A stretch of 64,000 nt of DNA from Porticoccaceae bacterium (GTDB taxonomy: Bacteria; Pseudomonadota; Gammaproteobacteria; Pseudomonadales; Porticoccaceae): assembly GCA_049631145.1 (NCBI GenBank), contig JBNAAJ010000005.1, positions 1,546 through 65,545 of the forward strand, given 5' to 3'. This document shows positions 31,748 to 42,921 of this stretch, piece by piece. The notes below the pieces were generated by a model that ran no database searches, was not told the DNA's origin, and was given only the letters and a program-made list of their open reading frames with translations. Each line of letters starts with the position of its first letter. Position 1 is the stretch's first letter. The translations under genes and the position numbers were made by a program.

Positions 31748-32932
31748 ATGAGTGGAATTAAAGACCCAGTTATCCTAGTTGGTGATAACGCTGTCGGGTT
31801 ACACAACTTACAAGCAGACTTTCACGCTGTTGAAAGAGAGACCTTGGTTGTGACTGAGATGAGCTCGATAGCCTCTGCCTGTAACGACCCCATTAGCCAG
31901 CCTGTTGTACTGTTTTCACACAATATACCTATTGATAGTCCTGAGGATATTGACGCGATGCGTCAGTTCTGCAAGGACTACCTAATAATCGTGACCCTGG
32001 ATAATGCCGATGCTAATCAGATCACAGACTTCTTTAGGCTGGGTGTCGCCGATGTGCTCCTGCCCAAGTCGGATACTCGGATGCTTGAGCAGACATTGGC
32101 ACGTGTCGATAGATTTGCTGAGTCTCGGCAACGCACAGCTGAGTATAGCGCCAAACTTGAAGCCACCAATCATGAACTGCAAGAGAGCTTGCGCTTATTA
32201 AAGCAAGATCAAATGGCTGGTCTAGAGGTCCAGAAAAGTCTAATGCCCGAGAGTCCCTTGGCCTTTGGCGATTATGAAATCTCGCACTCAATCACTCCTT
32301 CACTTTATCTTAGCGGTGACTTTGTAGGTTATAACTTTGTCTTAGATCGCTATTTGCTTTTTTACTTTGCTGATGTATCTGGGCATGGCGCCTCTTCTGC
32401 CTTTGTGACCGTGCTATTGCGCTTTATGATCGGGCGCGTGATTCGCCGCCATATGTTGGAGAAAGATTATGTGGCGCTGGCTCAGGCACCTGAGGGGTTG
32501 GCTGAATATATTAATACACAGCTACTAGCTACCGGTCTAGGCAAACATCTAACAATTGTGGCCGGATCACTGGATACCGAAACCAGGCAGTTGCGCTATG
32601 TGGTTGGTGCCCAGCAACCAAAGCCAATATTGATCACTGATGGCGAAGCGACCTTTTTGCCGGGTAAAGGCAAACCCGCAGGTATTTTCGAAGATGCTAG
32701 CTGGGTTGTAGAACAGATTCATTTACCTCAGCGCTTCGCTTTAGTGTTGTTGTCTGACGGTGTCTATGACTTGGTAGCAGATAAGGAGATCGTTGATAAA
32801 GAACGCCGCTTACTGAGCTATCTGGCCACCAGTTCTGACAATATAGAACAGCTGAAAGAGGTCTTATTTATCGATGATATTGAAGATCCCCAAGATGATA
32901 TTTCAGTGTTGTTATTGACAGGGGGGATGTAG
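31748..32932 (+). CDS. RssB/RsbU-like protein: degenerate receiver domain, coiled coil, PP2C phosphatase
   Basis: PSLYLSGDF, ADVSGHGASSAFVT, LSDG, DDIS; mlaA-rssB-rssC synteny as in Pseudomonas. Confidence 0.88.
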   Translation: MSGIKDPVILVGDNAVGLHNLQADFHAVERETLVVTEMSSIASACNDPISQPVVLFSHNIPIDSPEDIDAMRQFCKDYLIIVTLDNADANQITDFFRLGVADVLLPKSDTRMLEQTLARVDRFAESRQRTAEYSAKLEATNHELQESLRLLKQDQMAGLEVQKSLMPESPLAFGDYEISHSITPSLYLSGDFVGYNFVLDRYLLFYFADVSGHGASSAFVTVLLRFMIGRVIRRHMLEKDYVALAQAPEGLAEYINTQLLATGLGKHLTIVAGSLDTETRQLRYVVGAQQPKPILITDGEATFLPGKGKPAGIFEDASWVVEQIHLPQRFALVLLSDGVYDLVADKEIVDKERRLLSYLATSSDNIEQLKEVLFIDDIEDPQDDISVLLLTGGM

Positions 32933-33418
32933 TTGAGCAGCGGCAAAATTTTAGTCTCTGACCAAGCGGGTAGCTACCTTCTGAAGTTTAGTGGTGATGT
33001 GCGTGTGACATTATGTGGGTCCCTCAATCGTCATATGCAGACGATCTTTGGCAGCGAAGATGTGCAGCGTGTGGTGATTGATATGCTCGAGGCTGATGGT
33101 GTCGATAGCACTACTTTGGGTTTAATAGCAAAACTGGGCATCCACTGCCAAAGTGAATATGGCATCAATGTGCAACTGTTTTGTCAGAGCCCGAGCATAT
33201 TGCGCACACTCGACTGTATGGGCTTTGACGAAATTATTGATATTTTTGAGGACGTGCCAGATATCAGAGCTGAACTACAGGCTATAGAACCAGTAGATGC
33301 TGAGGTCGATGAAATGCGTCGACAGGTACTCGAAGCTCATAAATTATTAGTAAAACTGAGCCCCGATAGTCAGGAGCAATTTACCGATCTTATCCGAGCG
33401 TTAGAGTCTGGCAATTGA
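32933..33418 (+). CDS. STAS-domain anti-anti-sigma factor (RssC-like)
   Basis: LKF.GDVR.TLC, IDM.....VDSTTLG with phosphorylatable Ser, VLEAHK.L. Confidence 0.88.
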   Translation: MSSGKILVSDQAGSYLLKFSGDVRVTLCGSLNRHMQTIFGSEDVQRVVIDMLEADGVDSTTLGLIAKLGIHCQSEYGINVQLFCQSPSILRTLDCMGFDEIIDIFEDVPDIRAELQAIEPVDAEVDEMRRQVLEAHKLLVKLSPDSQEQFTDLIRALESGN

Positions 33419-33479
33419 CGGTTTTAATGCGCCAAGTTGGTGTGCCAAAACCCCCTGCGATCTAAAGTCAACTTCTCCA

Positions 33480-34343
33480 TTACGCCTTACTCAGCAGAGT
33501 TAAGAATTCCACAGCAGCGTTGGATAAACTCCTATTGGTGTGGTGAATATAGCCTAACTCTCTTGCAATGCTCACCTGGTCAAATGGTATAACGCAAAGA
33601 TCTCGTACCAAGGTTTCAGGTAGCACACTCCAGCCCAAACCAATTTCAACCATCGTGCTGATGGTCTCCAAGTAATTGGTGGACATAGTGGATTTTAATG
33701 GGATACCTTGCTGCTGAAACAGATTTTGAATAATACGACCCGTGTAGGTATTGAGACCCGGAAGTATGATCGGGTATTTGGCTAAATCGTCCAGTGCAGG
33801 TTGCTGAAGTTTGGCAAGGGGATGATCATTGGCGCAGACAAACTGCAGCGGATCACGCCAAATTCTCTTGCTATTGATATTGTGGTGACTATCCAGTGCC
33901 AGCGTTATTACTGCTACTTCAGTCTCGCCGTGCAGCACTTGTTCATAGGCTTTCTCCGAATCAGTAAACTCAATATCCAAGGTGACATGAGGAAATTGCA
34001 GAGCAAACTGTTTTAACAGTGGTGGCAATCGATGTAACCCCAGATGATGACTGATGGCGAGACGTAGGGTGCCACTGGCTTCGCCTGATAAGTCATTAAT
34101 TGCTTGTAGCGCGTTTTCATATTCACCCAAAATACGCTGTGCTCTGGGCAGTAATTCTGCTCCTGCTTCAGTGAGGCTGACCTGGCGTGCGATCCTGTCA
34201 AATAGCCGCTTACCTAACTGTCGTTCCAACTGCGCAATACGTTTACTAATTGCTGATTGAGTTAGATAGAGGCGCTCCGCTGCCTCTGAAAATGAATCAC
34301 ATTCAGCAACAGTAATAAATGCTTTCAGGTTTTGGTTATTCAT
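33480..34343 (-). CDS. LysR-family regulator divergent from leuCD
   Basis: SFSEAAERLYLTQSAISKRI..LE..LG..LFDR HTH; SHH.GLHRLPP. Confidence 0.93.
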   Translation of the reverse strand: MNNQNLKAFITVAECDSFSEAAERLYLTQSAISKRIAQLERQLGKRLFDRIARQVSLTEAGAELLPRAQRILGEYENALQAINDLSGEASGTLRLAISHHLGLHRLPPLLKQFALQFPHVTLDIEFTDSEKAYEQVLHGETEVAVITLALDSHHNINSKRIWRDPLQFVCANDHPLAKLQQPALDDLAKYPIILPGLNTYTGRIIQNLFQQQGIPLKSTMSTNYLETISTMVEIGLGWSVLPETLVRDLCVIPFDQVSIARELGYIHHTNRSLSNAAVEFLTLLSKA

Positions 34344-34470
34344 GTTTTAGCCTCATAAGGCTCACAATGTAGTCCCGTTAAGAATGGTATTTATGCTAAA
34401 TATGAATTTATTTCATCATAAAGCAGGAATATACTAGGTGCAATATCGAATTTTTGTTCGGGAGAGCGAT

Positions 34471-35916
34471 ATGGCGGGGAAGACACTCTATGACAAGCTG
34501 TGGGATAGCCACCTTGTTAAGCATAACAGCGACGGTTCATCGTTAATTTATATCGATCGGCATGTAATTCATGAGGTCACCTCACCGCAAGCCTTTGAGG
34601 GCCTGCGGTTGGCAGGTCGCACGCCGTGGCGTTTGGACACCAATATTGCCACACCAGATCATAATATCTCGACCGATAAAGCTGAGCGCAGTGCCGGAGT
34701 TGCCGGTATGAGCGATGAAGTATCGCGTATTCAGGTGCAGACTCTGGACGATAACTGCGAGCGATATGGCATCAAAGAATTTAAAATCAATGAAATGGGT
34801 CAGGGTATTGTTCATGTAATGGGGCCTGAGTTGGGTGCCACAATGCCCGGTATGACGGTCGTCTGTGGAGACTCTCATACGGCTACCCATGGGGCCTTAG
34901 CCTGTTTAGCTCATGGCATAGGTACATCAGAGGTAGAGCATGTTCTGGCGACTCAATGTCTAGTGGCCAAAAAAATGAAAAATATGCGAGTGACTGTTGA
35001 GGGCACTCTCGGTGTAGGCGTTACGCCCAAAGATGTGGTATTGGCTATTATCGGTAAAATAGGCACTGCCGGTGGCAATGAGCATGCGATTGAGTTCGCC
35101 GGTTCCGTATTCCGAGATATGTCCATAGAGGGCCGAATGACCGTCTGCAATATGGCCATTGAAGCCGGTGCCCGTGTGGGTATGATTGCGGTCGATCAGA
35201 AAACCATCGACTACTGTGAAGGTCGCCAGTTTGTGCCCAAGGGAGAGCAGTGGTCGCAAGCGGTAGAGTACTGGAAAACGCTGAGGTCAGACGCAGATGC
35301 CCTGTTTGATACAGAGGTTGAACTGGCGGCAGAGGAGATAGCGCCGCAAGTCACTTGGGGTACGTCCCCTGAGATGGTGTCGGCTGTGACAGACACTGTG
35401 CCCACCTTAGATCAGCAGCCTAACGAAGAAAAGCGCAAAGGTTTGAGTCGTGCGCTCGAGTATATGGGTCTTGAAGGCGGGCAGGCTATTGAGTCTATCT
35501 CGGTTGACCGTGTCTTTATCGGTTCTTGTACTAATTCACGTATTGAAGATATGCGTGCAGCGGCAGAGGTTGCAAAAGGCCGACGGGTAGCAAACTCGGT
35601 GAAGCAGGTATTAATCGTACCTGGTTCACAGATGGTAAAGGCTCAGGCTGAAGCTGAAGGACTAGACAAAATATTTATTGAGGCGGGTATGGACTGGCGT
35701 GAGCCGGGCTGTTCCATGTGTCTGGCAATGAATGCAGATAAGTTGGGGGCGGGTGAGCACTGCGCATCGACATCAAATCGTAATTTTGAGGGTCGACAGG
35801 GCAACGGTGGGCGCACTCACCTTATGAGTCCAGCAATGGCAGCCGCGGCCGCAGTGGCAGGCCATATCGTTGACGTAAGAGACTTTGTATCACAAAACCT
35901 TGAGGAGAATGCCTAA
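34471..35916 (+). CDS. leuC: 3-isopropylmalate dehydratase large subunit
   Basis: [51 protein letters not shown]. Confidence 0.97.
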   Translation: MAGKTLYDKLWDSHLVKHNSDGSSLIYIDRHVIHEVTSPQAFEGLRLAGRTPWRLDTNIATPDHNISTDKAERSAGVAGMSDEVSRIQVQTLDDNCERYGIKEFKINEMGQGIVHVMGPELGATMPGMTVVCGDSHTATHGALACLAHGIGTSEVEHVLATQCLVAKKMKNMRVTVEGTLGVGVTPKDVVLAIIGKIGTAGGNEHAIEFAGSVFRDMSIEGRMTVCNMAIEAGARVGMIAVDQKTIDYCEGRQFVPKGEQWSQAVEYWKTLRSDADALFDTEVELAAEEIAPQVTWGTSPEMVSAVTDTVPTLDQQPNEEKRKGLSRALEYMGLEGGQAIESISVDRVFIGSCTNSRIEDMRAAAEVAKGRRVANSVKQVLIVPGSQMVKAQAEAEGLDKIFIEAGMDWREPGCSMCLAMNADKLGAGEHCASTSNRNFEGRQGNGGRTHLMSPAMAAAAAVAGHIVDVRDFVSQNLEENA

Positions 35917-36563
35917 TGAAAGCATTTACCACACACCGTGGTCTGGTGGGTCCCATGGACCGAGCCAATGTTGATACGGATATGATTATCCCCAAACAGT
36001 TTCTGAAATCGATTAAGCGCAGTGGTTTTGGCCCTAATCTATTTGATGAGTTGCGCTATCTTGACGAGGGTCAACCAGGAGCGGATTGCTCTGCACGTCC
36101 ACTAAACCCTGATTTTCCGCTGAATCAGCCACGATTTGCCGGCGCCTCTATCTTGATAGCTCGCAAAAATTTTGGCTGCGGTTCAAGCCGAGAGCATGCA
36201 CCATGGGCGTTGGAAGATTATGGTTTCAATGCGGTGATTGCCCCTAGCTATGCTGATATCTTTTATAACAATTGTTTTAAAAATGGGTTGTTACCAGTGA
36301 TCTTAACCGAGCAGCAGGTCGATATACTGTTTGATGAGATGAACGCACAAGACGGGTACCAGTTGAGTATTGATCTGCCTGAGCAGACTGTTACTACTGA
36401 TTCTGGGCATGTTTTTAACTTCGATTTAGATAATTTTCGTAAAGAATGTCTGTTAAAAGGCTTGGACGAAATAGGCTTGACTCTGCAGGATTCGGCGGCG
36501 ATTAAGGCCTATGAGAAGACGCGCTTGCAAAAGCACCCTTGGGTGTTTGGCGCTATTAAATAA
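35916..36563 (+). CDS. leuD: 3-isopropylmalate dehydratase small subunit
   Basis: [37 protein letters not shown]. Confidence 0.97.
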   Translation: MKAFTTHRGLVGPMDRANVDTDMIIPKQFLKSIKRSGFGPNLFDELRYLDEGQPGADCSARPLNPDFPLNQPRFAGASILIARKNFGCGSSREHAPWALEDYGFNAVIAPSYADIFYNNCFKNGLLPVILTEQQVDILFDEMNAQDGYQLSIDLPEQTVTTDSGHVFNFDLDNFRKECLLKGLDEIGLTLQDSAAIKAYEKTRLQKHPWVFGAIK

Positions 36564-36617
36564 GCCTGCGCGATATGACTTTTGTGGCAATGTACTCGTA
36601 ACCTAAGGTAGTAAAAA

Positions 36618-37730
36618 ATGAAAAAAGCAGGATTTGTCGGTTGGCGTGGCATGGTGGGATCAGTGCTAATGGATCGCATGCGTGAGGAAAATGACTTTGC
36701 TTATGTCGAACCAATTTTCTTTACCACCTCACAGGCAGGGCAAGCTGGGCCAGATGTGGGCGTTGATATTCCGCCGCTACAAAGTGCTTTCGATATAGAC
36801 CAATTGCAACAGATGGATATTATTGTCACCTGTCAGGGCGGCGATTACACCAAGCAGGTTTATCCGGCATTGCGCAGCGCAGGTTGGCAGGGATACTGGA
36901 TTGATGCCGCATCGGCTCTGCGTATGGATGATAGCTCAATTATCGTTCTCGACCCAGTCAATATGAATGTGGTTGAACAGGGCCTAGCCAATGGCATTAA
37001 AGACTATATTGGCGGTAACTGCACCGTTAGTTTAATGTTGATGGGCTTGGGTGGTCTGTTTAACGCCAATCTTGTGGAGTGGGCTAGCTCCATGACCTAT
37101 CAGGCGGCCTCGGGCGCCGGCGCGCAGAATATGCGCGAGCTTATCAATCAGATGGGCGTTATAAAAGAGTCGGTAGCCGACCAATTGGCTGAGCCTGCAT
37201 CGGCGATACTTGACATCGATCGAGAGGTCACAGCGATATTGCGATCTGACGATTTTCCTGTCGATAATTGGGGCTATCCATTGGCTGGAAGCTTGCAGCC
37301 TTATATTGATTCGCAATTAGATAATGGCCAAAGTCGTGAAGAATGGAAGAACCAAGCAGAGACCAATAAAATTCTTAACCGCGAAGGGAATCCTATACCA
37401 CTGGATGGGCTCTGTGTGCGAATAGGCTCTATGCGTTGTCACAGCCAAGCGCTGACCATCAAACTTACACAGGACGTGCCATTAGACGAAATTGAAGCTA
37501 TGTTAGCTGAGGCTAATCCATGGGCCCAGGTTGTTGCCAATGACAAACAGTCCTCGATCGCGCAGTTAACTCCCGCAGCAGTTACCGGCGGATTAACTGT
37601 GCCAGTGGGGCGTCTGCGAAAAATGAACATGGGCGGCGACTATTTGTCTGCGTTTACGGTTGGCGATCAGTTGCTGTGGGGTGCTGCAGAGCCGCTACGT
37701 CGTATGTTAAGAATTGTTGTTGAACAGTAG
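36618..37730 (+). CDS. asd: Aspartate-semialdehyde dehydrogenase
   Basis: [45 protein letters not shown]. Confidence 0.97.
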   Translation: MKKAGFVGWRGMVGSVLMDRMREENDFAYVEPIFFTTSQAGQAGPDVGVDIPPLQSAFDIDQLQQMDIIVTCQGGDYTKQVYPALRSAGWQGYWIDAASALRMDDSSIIVLDPVNMNVVEQGLANGIKDYIGGNCTVSLMLMGLGGLFNANLVEWASSMTYQAASGAGAQNMRELINQMGVIKESVADQLAEPASAILDIDREVTAILRSDDFPVDNWGYPLAGSLQPYIDSQLDNGQSREEWKNQAETNKILNREGNPIPLDGLCVRIGSMRCHSQALTIKLTQDVPLDEIEAMLAEANPWAQVVANDKQSSIAQLTPAAVTGGLTVPVGRLRKMNMGGDYLSAFTVGDQLLWGAAEPLRRMLRIVVEQ

Positions 37731-37976
37731 TTTTTTTAGATAATTTCGTTATAACAGGGTTGGATATTCTAATTTATGAGTATTTAACCCTTTTTTTGTC
37801 GCTTTTAGTGCTTTATAGGGCAAATATAACTAGAAAATTTCCACGCAATCTCTACACTTTACCCCCTAATAAAGGCAAAACATATCCGTCGGCATTGTCT
37901 TACGTTATTCATCAGACAGAATCGTGACTCTGACTTTGCTAGATGGCTAAAGCGCAGTGCGCAATAGGGCAAAGTC

Positions 37977-40379
37977 ATGATAATTCTGAAATGGTCATCG
38001 AAAATATTGACTGGATCCGCATTGGCGGTTCTGCTTTACAGCAATGCAGCAAGTGCTATTGGGCTTGGTGCAATAACACTGAAGTCTGTTGCAACGCAGC
38101 CACTTGATGCTGAAATCGCCCTCACAGGTGTAAATGGTATCGATAACAATACGCTTAAGGTGCAACTGGCCTCGCCAGAGGCCTTTGAACAGGCAGGTAT
38201 CAGTCAGCAAGATTACTTATCGCAGTTAGATTTTTCTGTCACGGTCAATTCCGCAAATGATGCCATCGTTAGGCTGACCAGTGACAAGCCATTAAACCAG
38301 TCCAGCATTGATATTTTGGTGCAGCTACAGTCACCGTCTGAGACTCTGATGCGTCGCTATTTGCTAGCGATGGCAGAGCCAACGACGACATCGAGCAACC
38401 GTGGCAAGCCACAACTCGATGATAATCAGCACCTAGTTGTTGTGGGAGATACATTATGGAATGTCTCCAAACGCAATCGTCCCCGTGGCTTGACTATTCT
38501 GCAGACCATGGATGCCCTGTATACCCAAAACCCTCAGGCCTTCGTCAATGGGAATGCCAATGAAATGAAAGAGGGTGCGATCTTGCGCCTACCCTCAACA
38601 GGTGATATTTCTCAGGAGGCTGGCGACATTGTTGCGCGCCAAATTGGCCTAGTCGAAGAGTTGGAATCGCAACCAGTAGTGTTGGAGTCAACAGCAGAGA
38701 TAGAAGAGCCTGCAGACGAAAGCATCTTTCTTGAGGCCGACACTAGTGATAGTGCAGAGATTCTGATAACAACCGAAGATGCTGCAGAGGCCGCTGAGTC
38801 TTCTGTCTTAGAACAGTCTGAAGCGATTGCCGAGGAACAGGCGCCCGCTACTGAGGTTGAACAGTCAAAAGTAGCTGAGCGTCTTGCAGCCATAGATAAT
38901 GAATTGCTTTCTAGCGAAGATGAAATTAGCAAAAGCGAATTAGAAAATAATGAACTGCGTAAGCGCATGGCGTTATTAGAGGCCGAGGCAGATACATCAG
39001 CGCCCTCGGCAAGTGAGACTGAGCAATCACAGGTCGATGCTGATACTGCCAGTATGGCCGAGAATTTTACCTTTGCGGACCTTCAGGCCCAGTTAGAGCG
39101 TTATCCCTGGTATGTATGGTCTGGGTTGGCTGTGATTGTATTGGTTCTAGTAATGCTACTGCGTAGACCTACGACAAAATCTAGTGCTGATGAGGAGGAG
39201 CAGGAGCAGCCAGAGGCTCAGATTTTAGATGATGATTTAGATTACCAGCAAGAATCATCAGTTGATACTGGCGCTGACTTGTTGGTTGATAGTCAAGATG
39301 GCTTAAAGCTCAATCCAGAAGATAAGCTTTTTGATGAGACCGACAAAGAAATTTTTTCAGAGGAAGATGCCGATGTTAGCCCAGAGATCTTTGACTCTAT
39401 GGTTGAAGCTGGAGCTGAGGCAGAGGTCTACCTTTCTCTTGGTAATGTAGATCAGGCAATCAATATTCTGCAACAGGCTCGAGAAGCGGATAGCAATGAT
39501 AGCGCCAGTCGTTTAAAACTTATGGAAATTTTATTTAGAGAAGGTCGCAAAGATGAATTGAACGCACTTTTTCTGGAGATTGAACTAGCGGGCGACGACG
39601 TTATAACCGCAATGGCTGCCGATATTATCGCCTCAGAGCAAAAAGCAGAGCCTACCATAGTTGCACAGACCGCTGACGATAGTGAAGAGCCCTCAGCTGA
39701 ACAAGAGCCCTCAGCTGAAGAAGAACCCGCAGCTGAACAAGAGCCCGCAGCTGAAGAAGAGCCCGCAGTTGAAGAAGAGCCCGCAGTTGAAGAAGAACCT
39801 CTAGTTGTAGAACAACCCTCAACCGAAGGAGAGGATACAACTGAGCCAGAAGAGTCATCAACCGAAAGTGGTGCGCCGCAGGCGGAGCAACCATCTGACC
39901 CGTCGCAGCAAGATGACGATAAAGTGGTTGATGAACTCGCTGAATCGGTACTTGATGAAGACTTCCTTGATGATAGCTTTATGGATGGCGGTATTTTTTC
40001 TCAGGTTAGCCCCGCTACTGAGCCACAACAGCTAGAAGATGAGGCCACTGGAATGGAGGATTCTGAGGCTTTTGAAACTGTAGAGCCGGCAAGCCCGCAG
40101 GAGGAAGTGAGTCTACCCGGTGTTGATGCCTTGCAGAAATCCATGGGTGCAGAGGCTGATGCCCTCGCGGATATAGCAGCTAATCTAGATCAGTTTGAGA
40201 ACTTGGAAGATATGGGCGACATTAATTCAGTTGATGTAAAGCTTGATCTTGCTACCACCTATATTGAAATGGGTGATGCTGATGGCGCCCGTGAAATTCT
40301 TACCGAGATTATTGAAGAGGCTGATGAAGCCGACAAAGTAAGAGCCCAAGCAGTGCTGGATAGTATTGGCACCGAGTGA
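37977..40379 (+). CDS. fimV: FimV/HubP-like polar landmark protein
   Basis: Signal peptide + GLG.I...S...QPL.AEI, LysM-like GDTLW...NP.AF...N, TM helix, acidic linker, C-terminal KLDLA..YIEMGD.DGAREIL. Confidence 0.88.
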   Translation: MIILKWSSKILTGSALAVLLYSNAASAIGLGAITLKSVATQPLDAEIALTGVNGIDNNTLKVQLASPEAFEQAGISQQDYLSQLDFSVTVNSANDAIVRLTSDKPLNQSSIDILVQLQSPSETLMRRYLLAMAEPTTTSSNRGKPQLDDNQHLVVVGDTLWNVSKRNRPRGLTILQTMDALYTQNPQAFVNGNANEMKEGAILRLPSTGDISQEAGDIVARQIGLVEELESQPVVLESTAEIEEPADESIFLEADTSDSAEILITTEDAAEAAESSVLEQSEAIAEEQAPATEVEQSKVAERLAAIDNELLSSEDEISKSELENNELRKRMALLEAEADTSAPSASETEQSQVDADTASMAENFTFADLQAQLERYPWYVWSGLAVIVLVLVMLLRRPTTKSSADEEEQEQPEAQILDDDLDYQQESSVDTGADLLVDSQDGLKLNPEDKLFDETDKEIFSEEDADVSPEIFDSMVEAGAEAEVYLSLGNVDQAINILQQAREADSNDSASRLKLMEILFREGRKDELNALFLEIELAGDDVITAMAADIIASEQKAEPTIVAQTADDSEEPSAEQEPSAEEEPAAEQEPAAEEEPAVEEEPAVEEEPLVVEQPSTEGEDTTEPEESSTESGAPQAEQPSDPSQQDDDKVVDELAESVLDEDFLDDSFMDGGIFSQVSPATEPQQLEDEATGMEDSEAFETVEPASPQEEVSLPGVDALQKSMGAEADALADIAANLDQFENLEDMGDINSVDVKLDLATTYIEMGDADGAREILTEIIEEADEADKVRAQAVLDSIGTE
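39684..39809 (+). repeat. 18-bp in-frame tandem repeat, 6 good copies plus 1 degenerate, encoding (E/Q)EP(S/A)(A/V)E
   Basis: Units (G/C)AAGA(G/A)CCC(T/G)CAG(C/T)TGAA starting at 39684, 39702, 39720, 39738, 39756, 39774; degenerate unit at 39792. Confidence 0.9.
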
Positions 40380-40394
40380 GGAAAATTACTGCCT

Positions 40395-41255
40395 ATGCCG
40401 GATTGGGTTTATACCCCAAATTGCAGGATTCCCGAAGGGCGATACTTACCTGATGGGATCCGACGTTATGCTGCCGTCGTTCAATACGACGGCAGTGCTT
40501 TTTGTGGCTTTCAAAAACAGACACACAGTCCCTCGGTACAGGCCGAGTTGGAGCGCGCCTTAAGTTATGTTGCCAACGCACCGCTAAATCTGAGTTGCGC
40601 GGGACGCACAGATACCGCAGTGCATGCTAGCCACCAAGTGATACATTTTGATAGCACTGCCAAGCGCAGTGGTTACAACTGGGTGCAGGGGGCCAATAGT
40701 CAACTGCCAGCGAGTATAGCGCTAGTTTGGGCCGATCAGGTTGATGGTGATTTTCATGCCCGTTACAGCGCCACCTCGCGTACCTATCGCTACATTATGG
40801 CTCCCAATAGGGCGCGTACGGCCATATTGGCCGATGGCGTAACTTGGGTGAAATTTGCGCTAGATGCCGAGATTATGCAGGAGGCCTGTCAGTATTTGCT
40901 GGGTGAGCAGGATTTTTCTGCCTTTCGTGGTGCGGGCTGTCAGTCTTTATCGCCTTTTCGCAATGTAACAGCTGCGAACATCTATCAGTGTGGCCAGCTG
41001 GTAGTCTTTGAGGTAAGCGCCAATGCCTTCGTTCTCCATATGGTGCGCAATATCGTTGGTTCTTTAATGGAAATTGGTCTCGGTCGACAGCATCCTAGTT
41101 GGATTAAACAGCTACTCGCTGAGGCTGACCGCCGTCACAGTGCTGCTACGGCGCCACCCAATGGTTTATATTTGGTTGATGTTAAGTACCCTCAGCAGTT
41201 TGCTATACCGAGCTTACCCAAAGGGCCCTTATTTCTGCCGGATCAGTTGCGATAA
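40395..41255 (+). CDS. truA: tRNA pseudouridine(38-40) synthase
   Basis: YDGS.F.GFQ, AGRTD..VHA, DFS.FR...CQ, NAF..HMVRNIVG, APP.GLYL. Confidence 0.96.
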   Translation: MPDWVYTPNCRIPEGRYLPDGIRRYAAVVQYDGSAFCGFQKQTHSPSVQAELERALSYVANAPLNLSCAGRTDTAVHASHQVIHFDSTAKRSGYNWVQGANSQLPASIALVWADQVDGDFHARYSATSRTYRYIMAPNRARTAILADGVTWVKFALDAEIMQEACQYLLGEQDFSAFRGAGCQSLSPFRNVTAANIYQCGQLVVFEVSANAFVLHMVRNIVGSLMEIGLGRQHPSWIKQLLAEADRRHSAATAPPNGLYLVDVKYPQQFAIPSLPKGPLFLPDQLR

Positions 41256-41268
41256 CAGAGTATTCATT

Positions 41269-41895
41269 ATGTCAGTACAGGTAAAAATTTGTGGTATTAC
41301 TAGTATCGAACAGGCCCTGATGGTTCAGCAGGCTGGTGCCGATGCACTCGGCTTGGTGATCTACAGCAAAAGCCCTCGCTATGTGAGTATCGAGCAAGCG
41401 GCAGAGATACGTGCAGTAATTAAGCCACCAACAGTAGTGGTCGCTTTGCTGGTAAATGCTGAAGCAGCATTTGTTGAGCAGGTAATCAAGCAGGTTCAAC
41501 CCGATCTATTGCAGTTTCATGGTGATGAGACACCAGCTTTTTGTCAGCAGTTTAATTTTCCATTTATTCGCGCTATTCGTATGCGTGAGGGGTTAGATTT
41601 AAACGCCGAGATTGGCGCCTACAATGCTAAGGGTGGGTTTTTGTTTGATGCTTGGTCTGATAAGCATTACGGGGGTACTGGCCATCAGTTTGATTGGAGC
41701 AGACTTCCACAGCAAAGAGACTTCAAACTTATTCTTGCCGGTGGGCTAAGACCGGATAATATCAGTCAAGCCGTGGTTGATGTTAAGCCACATATGGTCG
41801 ATGTTAGTGGTGGAGTAGAGTCAAGCGCGGGAGTCAAAGATCAGCAAAAAGTGGCGAGTTTTATTACTCAGGCAAAACAAGCCGCGACGCGGTAG
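41269..41895 (+). CDS. trpF: Phosphoribosylanthranilate isomerase
   Basis: VKICGIT, SPRYV, QFHGDE, GGTG..FDW, LAGGL, DVSGGVE; ATG 41269. Confidence 0.96.
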   Translation: MSVQVKICGITSIEQALMVQQAGADALGLVIYSKSPRYVSIEQAAEIRAVIKPPTVVVALLVNAEAAFVEQVIKQVQPDLLQFHGDETPAFCQQFNFPFIRAIRMREGLDLNAEIGAYNAKGGFLFDAWSDKHYGGTGHQFDWSRLPQQRDFKLILAGGLRPDNISQAVVDVKPHMVDVSGGVESSAGVKDQQKVASFITQAKQAATR

Positions 41896-42048
41896 TGCAG
41901 TTTAAGATTAAATTGGTACCGCGGTGAAGTAAATAAAATTTGCTCTAGGCCTTATCTCTGCTGGAGTTGTCGTGATAGAATGCTTCCCGCTCGACTCTTT
42001 GCCCTATTAAGACGTACGTAACGACTGTAAGTTAGCTGAAGGTAATTG

Positions 42049-42921
42049 ATGAACTGGCTAAAACGCATTAGACCTGCTGGTCCCGCTGCAAGTAAAAATG
42101 ACCGCGCCAACTCTGTGCCCGAGGGGTTGTGGAAAAAGTGCCCCAAGTGCGCCTCCCCACTCTATCGTCCTGAATTAGAACGCAATCTCGATGTGTGTCC
42201 AAAATGTGGGCACCATATGCGTATTGGTGCCCGTCGCCGTCTTGATATATTTCTCGATGCCGAGGATCGTGCTGAAATTGCTGAAGATATTGAGGCGATT
42301 GACCGCCTTAAGTTCCGCGATGTGAAAAAATATAAAGAGCGCCTCACTGATGCACAGAAAAAGACCGGTGAGAAAGACGCGTTAATTGCTATGAGTGGTA
42401 ATTTAAAGGGTATTCCGGTGGTGTCCTGCGCTTTTGAATTTGCCTTCCATGGCGGGTCGATGGGTTATGCCGTCGGTGAGAAATTTACCCGAGCGGCCAA
42501 TCTAGCGTTAGAACAACGACGGCCCTTTATCTGCTTCTCTGCAACCGGCGGTGCCCGCATGCAGGAGGCCTTAATATCACTGATGCAGATGGCTAAAACC
42601 AGCGCAGTTTTAGAGCGCTTACGCGATGCCGGTGTACCCTATGTATCGGTGATGACAGACCCTGTTTATGGCGGCGTCTCTGCTAGTCTGGCCATGTTGG
42701 GTGATTTAAATGTGGCGGAGCCCGGTGCCCGCGCTGGTTTTGCCGGTCCTAATATTATTGAGCAAACGATCCGGCAGAAATTGCCTAAAGGTTTTCAGCG
42801 CAGTGAATTCTTATTGGAAAAAGGCCATATTGATATGATTATCAGTCGCGATCAAATGCGCGATCGTCTTGGCAGTATCCTCTCTAAAATGATCAACGTA
42901 CCTGAACCTGCTGATGGCTGA
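42049..42921 (+). CDS. accD: Acetyl-CoA carboxylase carboxyltransferase beta subunit
   Basis: PEGLW.KCPKC...CPKC zinc finger, [26 protein letters not shown]. Confidence 0.97.
   Translation: MNWLKRIRPAGPAASKNDRANSVPEGLWKKCPKCASPLYRPELERNLDVCPKCGHHMRIGARRRLDIFLDAEDRAEIAEDIEAIDRLKFRDVKKYKERLTDAQKKTGEKDALIAMSGNLKGIPVVSCAFEFAFHGGSMGYAVGEKFTRAANLALEQRRPFICFSATGGARMQEALISLMQMAKTSAVLERLRDAGVPYVSVMTDPVYGGVSASLAMLGDLNVAEPGARAGFAGPNIIEQTIRQKLPKGFQRSEFLLEKGHIDMIISRDQMRDRLGSILSKMINVPEPADG

Noticed and set aside
39684-39809. Repeat array as a CRISPR
   Set aside because: Contiguous 18-bp in-frame units with no spacers and no cas genes
41896-42048. Absence of trpB/trpA between trpF and accD
   Set aside because: trpF-accD adjacency is also the Pseudomonas arrangement
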